Shown: piece by piece, positions 1-10,737 of the stretch
Numbering within the stretch: position 1 is the first letter of the stretch
How the letters are laid out: each line of letters opens with the position of its first letter
Source: Selaginella moellendorffii
Lineage: Eukaryota > Plantae > Lycopodiophyta
DNA: 64,000 nucleotides
NCBI RefSeq assembly: GCF_000143415.4
Contig: NW_003314287.1
Coordinates: forward strand, 1,633,514 to 1,697,513
Direction: 5' to 3'
Translations under genes and position numbers: made by a program
Notes under the pieces: model-generated
The model's input: only the letters and a program-made list of their open reading frames with translations
Told to the model about the DNA's origin: nothing
The model's database searches: none

Positions 1-625
1 TCAACTGCTGCAACACAAAGATCGTCGGAGGGATCGGAAAAGGGAAAAGCAGAACAAGATGGAAACACAGAAGGAAAGAGTGGGGGAACAAAAGTAATGG
101 AAGCAGAGGTAGAAGTAAAGGGACGAAGGGGTATGGAAGTGAGAGGAATGGATGAAACATAAGGGAGTATGAGACAAGGGGGAGAAGCCTCAAAATCACA
201 CTTGGCATGATTGCGCTGCAACCAATCCATACCAAGAATGAGGTCAAAAGCTTGACTCGGCACCACCCGCAACGACTGCAACTCAAGCTCGAGATCGCCC
301 ACACGCACAACCAAGTCCACCTCATCCCGTATGCATGTGTACGGCCGTTGCCATAAAGAATGAAAACTGGTTCTGCCGCATAACGCAAGTGTAGACGACA
401 ACATGTGGCAACAGGTCGAGCAATAGAAGATAAACTCGAACCTGTATCAACCAACACGGAGAGAATAATAAGAGACCTTTTGTTATAAAAACGAACTTGG
501 AAAGTAAACACTGGATGAACTGGTGCCGAGTGAACCCCTTGATGATACTCCCAAAAGAAAGATGGAGGGGTCACTGATTTATTTGCGCAAGGTCCCTCCG
601 TTACTCGCGCGACTCCTCGTTTCCC
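1..625 (-). pseudogene. pol: pol (aspartic protease region) in the -1 frame relative to gag, with an internal 1-bp lesion
   Basis: The -1 frame is open from the slippery site through VLVDTGSSLSSI..GNGRT. The following DEVDLVVRVG..FDLILGMDWL is in another frame, implying a 1-nt loss near 336-340. Confidence 0.8.
564..625 (-). promoter_or_regulatory. -1 programmed ribosomal frameshift signal (G GGA AAC plus H-type pseudoknot)
   Basis: Heptamer GGGAAAC at 625-619 in the gag frame, 8-nt spacer, stem1 GCGCGAG/CUUGCGC, stem2 GGAGGG/CCCUCC, A-rich loop. The -1 frame carries the DTG protease. Confidence 0.85.
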
Positions 626-1533
626 GGATGCATTTCTGTGTCCAGACCTTCCACTGCAGCAGCACCCAGGGGACGTTGCTGACGCCAAGGTCTCCACCCA
701 GGAAATGGAGGTCGCCAATCCGGAAAACGACGGCAATGCCGATAAGTATGACCAACTTCATCACACGCCCAGCAGCGAACATCACGGCCACGACCACGTC
801 CTCGCGCTTGTCCTTGGACTCGAGCAGCAGCAGCATCAACCTCCATTGGAACAGGACCATCACCCATAAGAAGTGGAGCGGACGGACGTGCAGCGAGAAG
901 TGGAAGAGGCGACATCTCATAACGTTGTGCCAAGCGAAGAGCATCGTCAAGGGTGCCAGGAGCGAGTGCATGCACAAGTCCGACAAGATCTTGATGAAGT
1001 GCTGGCCACAACATTCCTAGCTTGATCCGCTCCGACATATTTGGCTCCGCACGAAGCAAAAGACTTTGGAAACGAACGCCAAATTGCATCACCGACTCAG
1101 ATGGCCCTTGGCGAAGACGATGCAATTGTTGGAAAGCATCATCACAATCATCGGCATGTCCGAAGGCGCGTTTGAAGACGTCCGGGAGAACACTCCAATC
1201 CCCACGAGTGGCTGCGCTCAAACCATTGTACCACTGCAATGCCGTCCCTTGGAGACACGTGGGAAACTCACGCAACTGTCGAGCATCATCCCAAGAATGA
1301 TATGTGGCAATCACCGTAAAGTGATCGAACCAATGGTACACGTCATCCCCAGGATTCCCGCGAAAGAACTCCGGCCGAACGCGAGGATTGGCACCAAGAG
1401 CAGGAGGAGTTGTACAACGTGCCGTAAACGCCGCTATCAACTGAGTTTGGTTGTTCAATTGCAAGCGCATAGCATCAAGCAATTGAACCAACTGCTGCTC
1501 TAGAGTCAAAGGAGGAGATTGTGGATTGGCCAT
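601..1533 (-). CDS. gag: Retrotransposon Gag (capsid plus zinc knuckle)
   Basis: First ATG at 1533 (MANPQ). Gag motifs PEFFRG, LQGTALQWY, LRQGPSESV, GPVPMEVD and knuckle CWACDEVGHTYRHC. Confidence 0.92.
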   Translation of the reverse strand: MANPQSPPLTLEQQLVQLLDAMRLQLNNQTQLIAAFTARCTTPPALGANPRVRPEFFRGNPGDDVYHWFDHFTVIATYHSWDDARQLREFPTCLQGTALQWYNGLSAATRGDWSVLPDVFKRAFGHADDCDDAFQQLHRLRQGPSESVMQFGVRFQSLLLRAEPNMSERIKLGMLWPALHQDLVGLVHALAPGTLDDALRLAQRYEMSPLPLLAARPSAPLLMGDGPVPMEVDAAAARVQGQARGRGRGRDVRCWACDEVGHTYRHCRRFPDWRPPFPGWRPWRQQRPLGAAAVEGLDTEMHPGNEESRE

Positions 1534-1750
1534 GAAGATGAACGAAAAAGAAAGAGCAAGAGAAGAGAAATGACAAAAAAGCTGGAAAGAAATGGTAGAT
1601 CTAGACAATGCAAAAAGCTAGATCTAAACCAAAATCCTGAAAGGAAAGAACAAAAGAAAGGAAATGGAAAAAGCTAAATCTAGACGATGCAAAAGCTAGA
1701 TTTAAACCGAAATCCCAAATCCAAGCACTCCCCAAGGACAATCAAAGGTG

Positions 1751-1766
1751 CCCCTCACCTCCACCA
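1751..1766 (-). promoter_or_regulatory. Primer-binding site, tRNA-Ala type
   Basis: TGGTGGAGGTGAGGGG lies 1 nt inside the LTR end CA. TGGTGGAG complements the tRNA-Ala 3' end ..CTCCACCA. Confidence 0.7.
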
Positions 1767-1767
1767 A

Positions 1768-1934
1768 TGTGAGTGCATGGAATATGGAAAGAGAATACAG
1801 AAATGTGCATATCAATTAGCCCAATAACCCTAGCTTATATACAAGAGCGAGTGGTCCGGATTGAAACCAATCCAACAGCTACCAAAATCCACTACGCTAA
1901 TATTAGTATACGGCATCGTAGCCGTACACTTGGC

Positions 1935-1941
<7 letters not shown>
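1768..1941 (-). repeat. 5' LTR (174 bp)
   Basis: Terminal inverted repeat TGTGAG...CTCACA, internal TATATAAG near 1834-1841, and homologous decayed copies at ~4016-4135 and ~4840-4905. Confidence 0.85.

Positions 1942-2022
<81 letters not shown>
1938..2022. repeat. Compound microsatellite (CA)n(TA)n
   Basis: Seen directly in the sequence. Confidence 0.98.
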
Positions 2023-2024
<2 letters not shown>

Positions 2025-2029
2025 TAAGG

Positions 2030-4135
2030 ATGATAGTTAATGGAAATTATATTGAGAATCTCCCTTATTTATTCCTTATTGAAGGTATTGATACCATGGC
2101 CATTGTATAAGGTTTGGTGATATCAATTGGTTTAAACATTGTTTTGGTGACTTTCTTGCAAATGAGATGATGATCAAGTTTTTTTATAATATATTAGAAG
2201 TGATTGTTGACTTTATCAATGATGTTTTGATCCACTTAAAAAGAATATAAAAAGAGTATATCCATAATGTCCACAAAGTGTTAGATTGACTATGAAAGTT
2301 AATTTGCAAATTGATCCTAACAACCTTATGGTTGTTCTAATCTATAAAGTGTATGAACAATATTTAATGCTTCCTTGGCAAAGTGTAATATATTAGTTGT
2401 TTTGTTGACCATCTTTTTGATTATATTACACTATTGCAAGTGTTATTAAATTTATTAACATTGTCTTTCTTATAATTTAAAGATTGCAAATGGGCATTTG
2501 TAGATCTCAAATAAATGTTGATAACTTCTCCTATCTTAATTATACTTGACTTTTTATTATGTATATAGATGCTTTTGATATTGGTTTTGGAGGTGTGTTA
2601 ATGCAAGAAACACACTATACAAGTGTGTATAGTCAATATCATTTCATTACATATATCAACTATATATTACTATTAGCAAAGGTAAATTACTCTATAATAG
2701 ATGAGTGTTTAGGTATATGTACTTGCATGGCTCTTAGATGTTGCAAAAGGGTGATTATGTTATAATTACTTTATTATTGAAGCAGAAAAACATAGTTAGC
2801 TATATTGTTTAATGGGCTTTAAAACTTTAAATATATAACTTTGAGGTTGTTTATTACACAAGGAGTTTTATAACTAATGCTAACACCATTTTTTAAGCTC
2901 CTCTTTCTTCTTTACTCTTTTATTATATTCTTGATAAGTTTGTTATTTTGGCATCAGTAAATTTTCTGGACAAGGATTCTATATCATCTGTAGTTGTTAT
3001 GCTTGATATGGAATATTCATAAGGTGCAAAACTAGATTTATCTTTTCATATCAAGTTTTATGAAGCTCAAAAATTTAAGTTATGGATCCGAAAGTTTTAT
3101 GATGGGTTTGAGAATCCTACATCATTTATTAATAACTTGCTTTCCTAGCATTTGCATTTTCAATATTACTTTGAAGACTACCTTTTTTACTTTGTGATAA
3201 CTGATTTTAATAACCATTTGTGATTAGTGGTGCCTTTGATTTTATTCTAAATTTTCTCTATGTTTACCATGACTCTTTTTTTAGGTGGGTACATGTGATA
3301 GTGTTACATAGCTAAAAAGTTGTGTAAGTCCAAAGATGTAATATAATATCATTTAGTACATACATAGTTGCATCTAATGCAAAACACATAATACTTCCTC
3401 TTTATGTTGCAAAAAGATAATTGGAGTCAATTGTAAATTCTCATTTATTTTTATTGGTAGTGTTTGATGTGAAACAATTTTTTCCAATTGACTATTGACA
3501 AGAGTATGTCATTATTGCTTCTTTACTTGACTCAATAGGTGGAAGTCGAAGGTCTTACTAGTGTGTTTGCAACTATTATTAGATACTTCATTATCAATTA
3601 AGACATTTGTTTTTGGAATGGATTCACTTGGACAATGGTCATACATTTATGGGTGAGTTATTTTATATATTGATATTTTAATTGGGGATATGCCACACTT
3701 TCATAAGTGCTTATCATTTATATATAGATGGTTTGGTGGAACAGTTCATTCTATCCCTTCATGAGGATGATCACAAAGTATATGAACTTTCAATACAGAT
3801 TAGGATGGTTATTTACCATATTTTTAATATATATATGTTATGGGGTATAGAGTTTTATTAATGCTTCACTATATAAACTTATATATATAACAAACTTATA
3901 TTGTCAATAGAGTTGAGTTTACTTTTATGATTACTATGAGTTGTTGATACTAAATTGATATCCCATTAACAAAAAAACCTTAGTTGCATTCCATCCTCCA
4001 GAGTGGAGGAGATGATATGAGTCATATGCTATTATTAATGTAATGGGATTTTGATAGTTGTCAAATTGGTTTTAATCAATATCACTTACTCTTATATATA
4101 AGTTAGGGTTTAGGCTAATTGAATATGCACTCATA
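2030..4135 (+). mobile_element. Heavily decayed Ty3/gypsy 3' half (RT, RNaseH, integrase, PPT, 3' LTR)
   Basis: Relics VDFINDVLIH (YxDD, ~2205-2235), YIDAFDIGFGGVLMQ and KVNYSI (RNaseH, ~2560-2700), and DNGHTFMGEL / SAYH..DGLVE (integrase, ~3630-3745). Purine tract GAGTGGAGGAGATGA at ~4001-4015 is followed by an LTR homologous to 1768-1941. Confidence 0.85.
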
Positions 4136-4839
4136 TTTAATAATAATTTTTAGTTGAATGATAAATTTACTTTTAGCCAATAGATTTTGAATTTTCTTGA
4201 AACTAAATAGTGTATGGAAAATTGTCTTAAAAAAATTATTTTGGCCATTGGCACTTGTTAGTAACTAGAAGCAAGAACTAATTTTGTGAACCAACAACTT
4301 CTTTTTAAATGATCTAGAATCGATAATATGAGAAAGAGTGTACATATATGGATAATTACATTGTTAATAGATAATAGTTAATATAGAATCAAATACTCTT
4401 ATCAGGCTTTATCACAAGATAAAGTTCATATGCTTAAGGACTCTAAGAATTTTGGATAACACTCTTTTCCAACATATTCTTAATATTTTTATATAAGATT
4501 TTGATCTCCTTTGACAACCAATGTTAAACATAAACCTTAATTGGACAATCATCTCTAGTTAGAATAAAATAACATACTATAATCTTTGCCTTAGATGATA
4601 AGTTAAAGGTACAAAATAATAGTATACTCATTTTTGAGTTAGTCAACTACCACCTTGTCTAAAGGATCTAAAAAGGGAATAAAAGAGCAAAAATTTATAT
4701 ATATAAATTAGTAACATGATAAGTCTAGTTGACTAATGTTACTAGTATAGAATCATTAACTCTCTGTATCACTTATCATTGTGAAGCAATTGCTAATTAA
4801 TCCCATAGCCAAAATTCAATTGTAACTTACAAAAATGTA

Positions 4840-4953
4840 GATTGGTTTTAATCAAGATCACTTACTCTTATATATAAGTTAGGGTTTAGGCTAATTGAAT
4901 ATACATTAAGAAGTTGAATGATAAATTTACTCTTAGCTAGTAAATTTTGAATT
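4840..4953 (+). repeat. Duplicate of the decayed LTR end and flank (~4065-4195)
   Basis: Near-identical ATTGGTTTTAATCAA.ATCACTTACTCTTATATATAAGTTAGGGTTTAGGCTAATTGAATAT and AGTTGAATGATAAATTTACT. Confidence 0.85.
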
Positions 4954-6363
4954 TAGTCCACTTCATCCCTGTGTATGACTATTAATATAGAGAATAGATA
5001 TAAATGGGAATATATGGCAACATGTAATATGAAACTTGGGCTTAAACCCAAACCAAATGCAAAATAAGGATATACATGCCTAGTGAGGAGTTAGATAATG
5101 TTTCAATACATTGGGAGATCCAGATGTAGGAATAGAGCATCATCAAGTAGCATGGAGGAATCTCATGCTTGAGAGTATAAAAAGCAAGAGTTTGAAGTTT
5201 AAGGGCACTTGGACAATTGCAAGCATTGGCTCTTAGATTTCATAGAGAAGGTTTCCTTTGAGTGAGAAGTGAAGAATTTTTGTGGCTCATAATTGGCTAT
5301 AGCTACATAATGTTCCCGAGATTTGAGTCTATGCAATGTTTTTAGAGTCCTTCCATCCTATAGTTCAGTTGGAGAGGAATCTTAGTAAATCTTGCAATCG
5401 GTCATGGAAACACAGTGTTTCTGTACCTGGCAACTTTGGTTGTGTTTGTGAGAATCTGCAAAGGACTTGCAATTGGCTATGGAAGCGGCATCCAAAGTGC
5501 TTGTGCCTCCTAGGGTCGGGCAAAAAGTCAAAGCTAGGACTTATCCACATGGCAGCAGCGGAAAGGTACCATTCTTCGTCAGACTTCCCACCTCTAGCTG
5601 TCCTGGGCGTGCCCAGCTCCAATATGGCCCGATCTCCAGCTTGGAATGATGCAGCCCAGCTCCTAGTGCTGTCGCACTGCAGCAGATGCCGATTCTTGGT
5701 CTCCCAAGCCGCATTAACTCCTGAAAACACTCTTCTTGTGCATCACGACTCCTCTAACTCATTTCCTTCTCTCCCTAACAGGGATCACTGTCACACGAGG
5801 ACGTCTGCTTTAAAAGGAAAAAAAAATTGGAGATCTGAATCATCTAGAAAAAAAATGACATACCTGATCCTCGTCACAAACTACAAATATGGGTGTCTAC
5901 ACAACAAACAAGTCACTGAGATCCAGGCCAAGCCCAATGTCAAAACCCCAAGGCATTAGATCCAATGCTGCCACTGCCACTTGTAACGGACTCTTTCGCC
6001 TAGACGATAGTTGAAATCCTGTAGGGGATCAAGACCAACAGGAGATTGCAGTTGGGAATTTTTGTATCTGTCCATGATTTTTGTGGAAATTAACTTTAAA
6101 AGTTTAATTTAATGTAGTACTAACCCTTTTACACTAGTATAATATAAGATGTGCTGAGCGATGTGCGCCAAGTGAAGAGGTGTTCAAGCTTACAGTGCCC
6201 GAGGCAAGAAGGTTTTAAGCTTTAATGGAGGAAAAGCGAGCTTCTTCGGTGAGTCAACTTGATGAATTTTTCTCCCTTCTTCCTTAGCCACCACACAATT
6301 GAAGAACAAGCACTCTAGAAAACCAAAGAAAGAACATTATAATTCTAAGGTGGGGTGGGGATG

Positions 6364-7239
6364 TTATTTACGTTCATCATATACTTCATTAGTTTGTGGC
6401 TGGAGGATCACGAATGGCATAGAAAGATTAACGTGAGGTGGAATGTCTGATGGACTCCCGGGATGAATCTTACATAGAGTTGTAAAAATCGTTACCAGGT
6501 CGCCATTGTTTCTGAGATGCCGCGAGATGGATCCCTCAGTAATGTTCTTGCAGGAGGAAACTTCAGCAGCAACATAGCTTTGGAGGCTTAGACCGTTGGA
6601 AATTGTTGGCACTGAACACTTGCCCTGCTCAAGTGTGAGGATCGCGAATGATTCCCCGGTCTCCGCATTTGCTTTTACCACCTCGTCAATGGTCCTGGAA
6701 AACCAAGCCATGCGGAACGTAGCATGAGTTTTGCGGTTAATCAGTTCCTGCCGTGAAACAAGTTTAACCTTCTCGCCATGGCTTTGATCATTCCAGAAAC
6801 TGTATGCGTACCTCTTCGAGCATATCGTTCCATGCCAGCTCCAAGCGTGAAACATGCCAGTTCTCGAAGGACGTGAACTCGGGCTGGTGCATCCGTGAGA
6901 ACAAGCAGAGGATTCCTCCAGGAACAATCGCTTGTGCTCGGCAGGATAAGAACCCGCAAAGATCCTCATGAGCTTGGGTTCATTGAATGGACCACACAGA
7001 TCACTCTCTGGAGTCTGGAGAGAAGACAAATGCCCATTGAAGGAAGATTTAGATCGAAGGAATGAGCTTGAACGCTCGTAAAAGGATCCAGAGACAGCGG
7101 CAGTGAAGCATCGCAACGATGGCGATGACTGTTCTAGCTGCTGGAACAGCGTGTTGAAGTCATTGGAGTCCGAGAAAAAGGCTAGGATCTCCGGCTCCAT
7201 TGCTGAGCATGCTCGAATTGCCTCAGCAACAAGCCCCAC
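6364..7239 (-). CDS. Hypothetical protein (about 290 aa), 5' end uncertain
   Basis: 876-bp open frame with balanced composition and no recognised motif. First in-frame ATG at 7200. Confidence 0.45.
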   Translation of the reverse strand: MGLVAEAIRACSAMEPEILAFFSDSNDFNTLFQQLEQSSPSLRCFTAAVSGSFYERSSSFLRSKSSFNGHLSSLQTPESDLCGPFNEPKLMRIFAGSYPAEHKRLFLEESSACSHGCTSPSSRPSRTGMFHAWSWHGTICSKRYAYSFWNDQSHGEKVKLVSRQELINRKTHATFRMAWFSRTIDEVVKANAETGESFAILTLEQGKCSVPTISNGLSLQSYVAAEVSSCKNITEGSISRHLRNNGDLVTIFTTLCKIHPGSPSDIPPHVNLSMPFVILQPQTNEVYDERK

Positions 7240-7515
7240 TGCACGGATTGTGTTGTAGCCAGATGCAGATCAGCTATGCGGACTGAGTTCGTTGTGTCAT
7301 AGCCAAAGTTACTAGCTTGGCAGAGTTTTAGCTATCGATTCCAGCATTCTAACTGGCGAGAAGAATGTCCCAAGTTTACAAATCTTGTGAGCGTCGTTGC
7401 AATGCAATCATATCAAGAACGTCCAAAGTCCTTTGTTCTAACTTGGATGGAATCCTCCAAGTAAAGTCTAAGACCATGTGCCCAAGTAGGAAACAAGGTG
7501 AGGTCATCCCATGCG

Positions 7516-9081
7516 TTATAGGTCACAGTGGAGTTTCAATGCTTTAGCAAAGTTGACGAGGTTTGCATGCGAAGAACCATTTGGCTGGACGTTTCGTTTG
7601 GCTGCATGGCGCAACTCTTTGGCTCTACGTCTCAGCTCGTCGCCGCTGCAATGGTCTCGTCCCATGACAAACCTCACCATATCCTCGACATGGCTTGCAT
7701 GGATACCAGCCTCCATGGCCTTCTTGATGCGAACTCCAACTTTGAGAGTGTCAACAACCCACGCAGTGTTGAAAACTTGCTCGGCAAAGCAAGGCAAGCA
7801 TAGGATGGGAACTCCCGCGGACAAAGACTCGAGTGTCGAGTTCCATCCGCAATGAGAGAGGAAAGCACCCACGGATTCATGCTCCAGCACCTGCGATTGA
7901 TTGTGCGAAAAACTATCAACCCATGAAGTGAATATCTAGATCATACCTTGACTTGAGGAGCCCAAGAGATTATCAGCCCCTTTTCGTTCTGCTGTATCCT
8001 GGCCAAGAACTCGTTCCTTGCCTGCTCGTCACTGCCTTGGAGAAGATCGAGCCTGATCACCCACAAGAATGCGTGGCCGCTGTTGGCAAGTCCCTTGTAA
8101 ATCTGCTGAGCGTCACTGTAAGAGATGGTTGCGACGCTTCCGAAGGAAACGTAGACGACCGAGCTTGGTGCCTGTTTGTCCAGCCACTCCAAACAGCTCG
8201 TGTCTTCGATCGGAGATATGCTCAATTGTGTCTCCTCCACCGTGTCGTCAAAGTGCAAGGGCCCAACCGCAATACAATTTGGATTCACGTCTCGGGCAGC
8301 ATCCAAGGGTGCTTCTTCCATCTCCTGGAAGGAATTCACAAACACCCAAACGTCACCTTTCATCCTTTCAAAGCGTTGGATTCGGAGTTCAAAGCCTGGA
8401 TCACACTCGTCCTCGTGCTGGAGTGTGCTCGGGAGGTGACTTGCGCAAAAAGAAGGAAGCCCAGGCATGAAATCTATTATATCTTTCCTCCCTACAATAA
8501 GAACGTAAAAATGAAAAAAGAGAAAAAGGCAAAAAGTAGCTTAGAGGAGGACCTTTTGCTGGTAAGAGGTGCTTGAGCAAAGGCAAGTGGAAGCAAAGGA
8601 GAAGACAGGCAGCGGACGACGTCCACAGTAGTGCCCGAGCGATTCCAAGGTTGTGACAGAATTCCTGGCTCCACCCAATAAACGCATCAAAGAGTACGCA
8701 AGTCACTGGAGGGCGGCGGGGATCGCTAGCCATGTCCGTCACCAATTGCTCCAGATCTTGTTTCATCCCCTCCATGGCATTGAGAAACATCTGGAGGTTG
8801 TTCCCCAGCCGGTGCTTTGGGAGACAATCGTCTGGAATGCTCACAAACCTGTAGGCGAGCTATAAGTCTCCTCGCTAAGGAAACTTGGGCTCATACCTGA
8901 AAGAATCATCCCCCACGGCAGTGGATTTCTTGAACTCCTGCTCGTGGCGGCTGCGAGTGTTGATGAAGGTTATAATGAATCCCATTGAAGCGAGCTTGCG
9001 GCACAGCAGTATCATCGGATTAATGTGACCTTGGGCAGGGAATGGAAACGCTAAAACATGAGGCGGCGCCATTCTGCTCAT
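7516..9081 (-). CDS. UGT: Family 1 UDP-glycosyltransferase; exons 9081-8897, 8848-8553, 8491-7947, 7890-7516
   Basis: HVLAFPFPAQGHINP at the N terminus and PSPG box WAPQVK|VLEHESVGAFLSHCGWNSTLESLSAGVPILCLPCFAEQ. GT-AG introns keep the frame. Confidence 0.95.
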
Positions 9082-9458
9082 CTAGGGTACACATTCCATG
9101 GTCTTATCTTTCGTCGGCTATGGTTGACTTTGAAGGATTCGTTGTCCAAGTCATGTTCTTATTTAGATAAGTCTAATGTATCAACAAGTTGGCCAAGTTA
9201 TTCAAATCTCTTGCTGGATTTTGTGGCGGTTGTTCCTCACTGATGTAACTCTTTTCTAATACAATCTCTTCGCTTTCTTATATATTGCTGGAACTAGCTA
9301 GCTCGAAGAAAAAGGAAAAAAAAGCACGGTTTCACGACAACCAAGTGCTAAAACTCTCGATGCTCGGAGTGATCTCAAGACCAAAAACGTGTGAGAGGGG
9401 AGAAAGGAGAGCGAGGATGACTTCGAAGTGTATGATCACCTGGCGATGATGTTACTGA

Positions 9459-10301
9459 TCATGGCATGAACAACTTGTTGCCACACTTGCACCGCCAAGC
9501 CTCGGGGTAGTACTCGGCGGTCTTGACGAGACCCGGCTGGATTGGAACATGAACAGGCCTGCAAGGATAGCATCTCCCACACTTTGACGTACATTGGGGT
9601 GGCGACGATCCAGGCCCGCTCAAGCTCCTCCTCACCAGGCTGCTGCTGGATCGAAGCTCCTCCAATTGCAAGGGCGAGTAATCGGCTACCCAGCTTTGTT
9701 GATCCGCACTTTGTTGATCATCGCCCATCTGATAGAAATTATCATTTGCATAAGTATCATTTCTAAGACTACAGATGGGAGAAAAGGAGAGAAATTTTTT
9801 GCAGTACCTGATCGAGCTGCTGCCGTTTTGTGGACAGTGATAAAGCTGCGTCTTTGCTTTCATGGACACCTGCAGATTTGAAAGATTTGATAATTAGTAA
9901 AGGCCTGGCCGGGTTTAAGAATTTTTGGAAGCTGTCGTGTTCGAGGACAGGGACAGCGCAAGGAGGACGTTTGTGGAGCTCACGCAAAACCATCCATGGG
10001 TAATAAATCTATCTATCTATCTATCGATCTATATCCAGGTCTATGCAGCAAGCAAATCATGCGAGATCGAGCACGCATTCATTCATCCAATCGAAGTTTT
10101 AAGTTTAAAGCGAGCTTCTTTCCGTGAGTCAATTCCTCTCACTCTCTCACTCTTCTTCGTGGGGATTACTTTCACTCGCAGCATAGATTTGGAGAGCCAC
10201 AGGACACAAGCGAAGAGCAAGAAAACCAAGGAAAGTATTATAACGTACCGGTACTCAGTCGCTCCGCTTGAGTTCTGCCAGCGCTGGATGAGTGCAAGCA
10301 T
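9459..10301 (-). CDS. EPFL: EPIDERMAL PATTERNING FACTOR-like peptide (EPFL4/5/6-like); exons 10301-10151, 9869-9808, 9728-9459
   Basis: Mature domain GPGSSPPQCTSKCGRCYPCRPVHVPIQPG...EYYPEAWRCKCGNKLFMP with 6 Cys. Hydrophobic segment in exon 1 and splice phases are consistent; exon 1 is less certain. Confidence 0.88.
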
Positions 10302-10684
10302 CTTGAAGCGAGGAGGATGGCAAGTACCAAGTAGACTAAACTGCGAGCTCCTCCTCTTCTTCTACTGCAGCAATGCTCTAAGCTCCAAAACGATCGTTTC
10401 ATAGCTGCTTATTATATCAATCCCACTACCGTCCCTTCAAACTGAAGAACTCCCTTGGGTGAAGAAGAACTCCAGCTACATTCCCTCCCGGAGACTAGGC
10501 TTGGATCTTGGGGATGTGCTGTTTGTGGAGAGATGGTTTATACAATGTTTTTTTCCTTTCTTTTTTCTCCAATCTGTTAAAAACTGCTCGAGACTTTCTG
10601 TTTCATCCGTGCTTTTGAGCTGACGCTTTGCGAGGAAACGAATCACCTGTGGTCGTATAGCTCTTTCTTACCGCCACCAAGCCC

Positions 10685-10704
10685 AGAGAGAGAGAGGGAG
10701 AGAG

Positions 10705-10736
<32 letters not shown>

Positions 10737-10737
10737 T
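10685..10737. repeat. (GA)n microsatellite upstream of EPFL
   Basis: Seen directly in the sequence. Confidence 0.95.

Larger units (their letters stand above)
1..1941 (-). mobile_element. Ty3/gypsy LTR retrotransposon, 5' part (LTR-PBS-gag-protease), runs off the window start
   Basis: LTR 1768-1941, PBS 1751-1766, gag with CCHC knuckle, and aspartic protease motifs VLVDTGSS (~434-457) and FDLILGMDWL (~220-249). Confidence 0.93.

Noticed and set aside
5336-5959. Overlapping ORFs with a faint copia-protease-like EEWYLS
   Set aside because: No catalytic Asp or other supporting motif.
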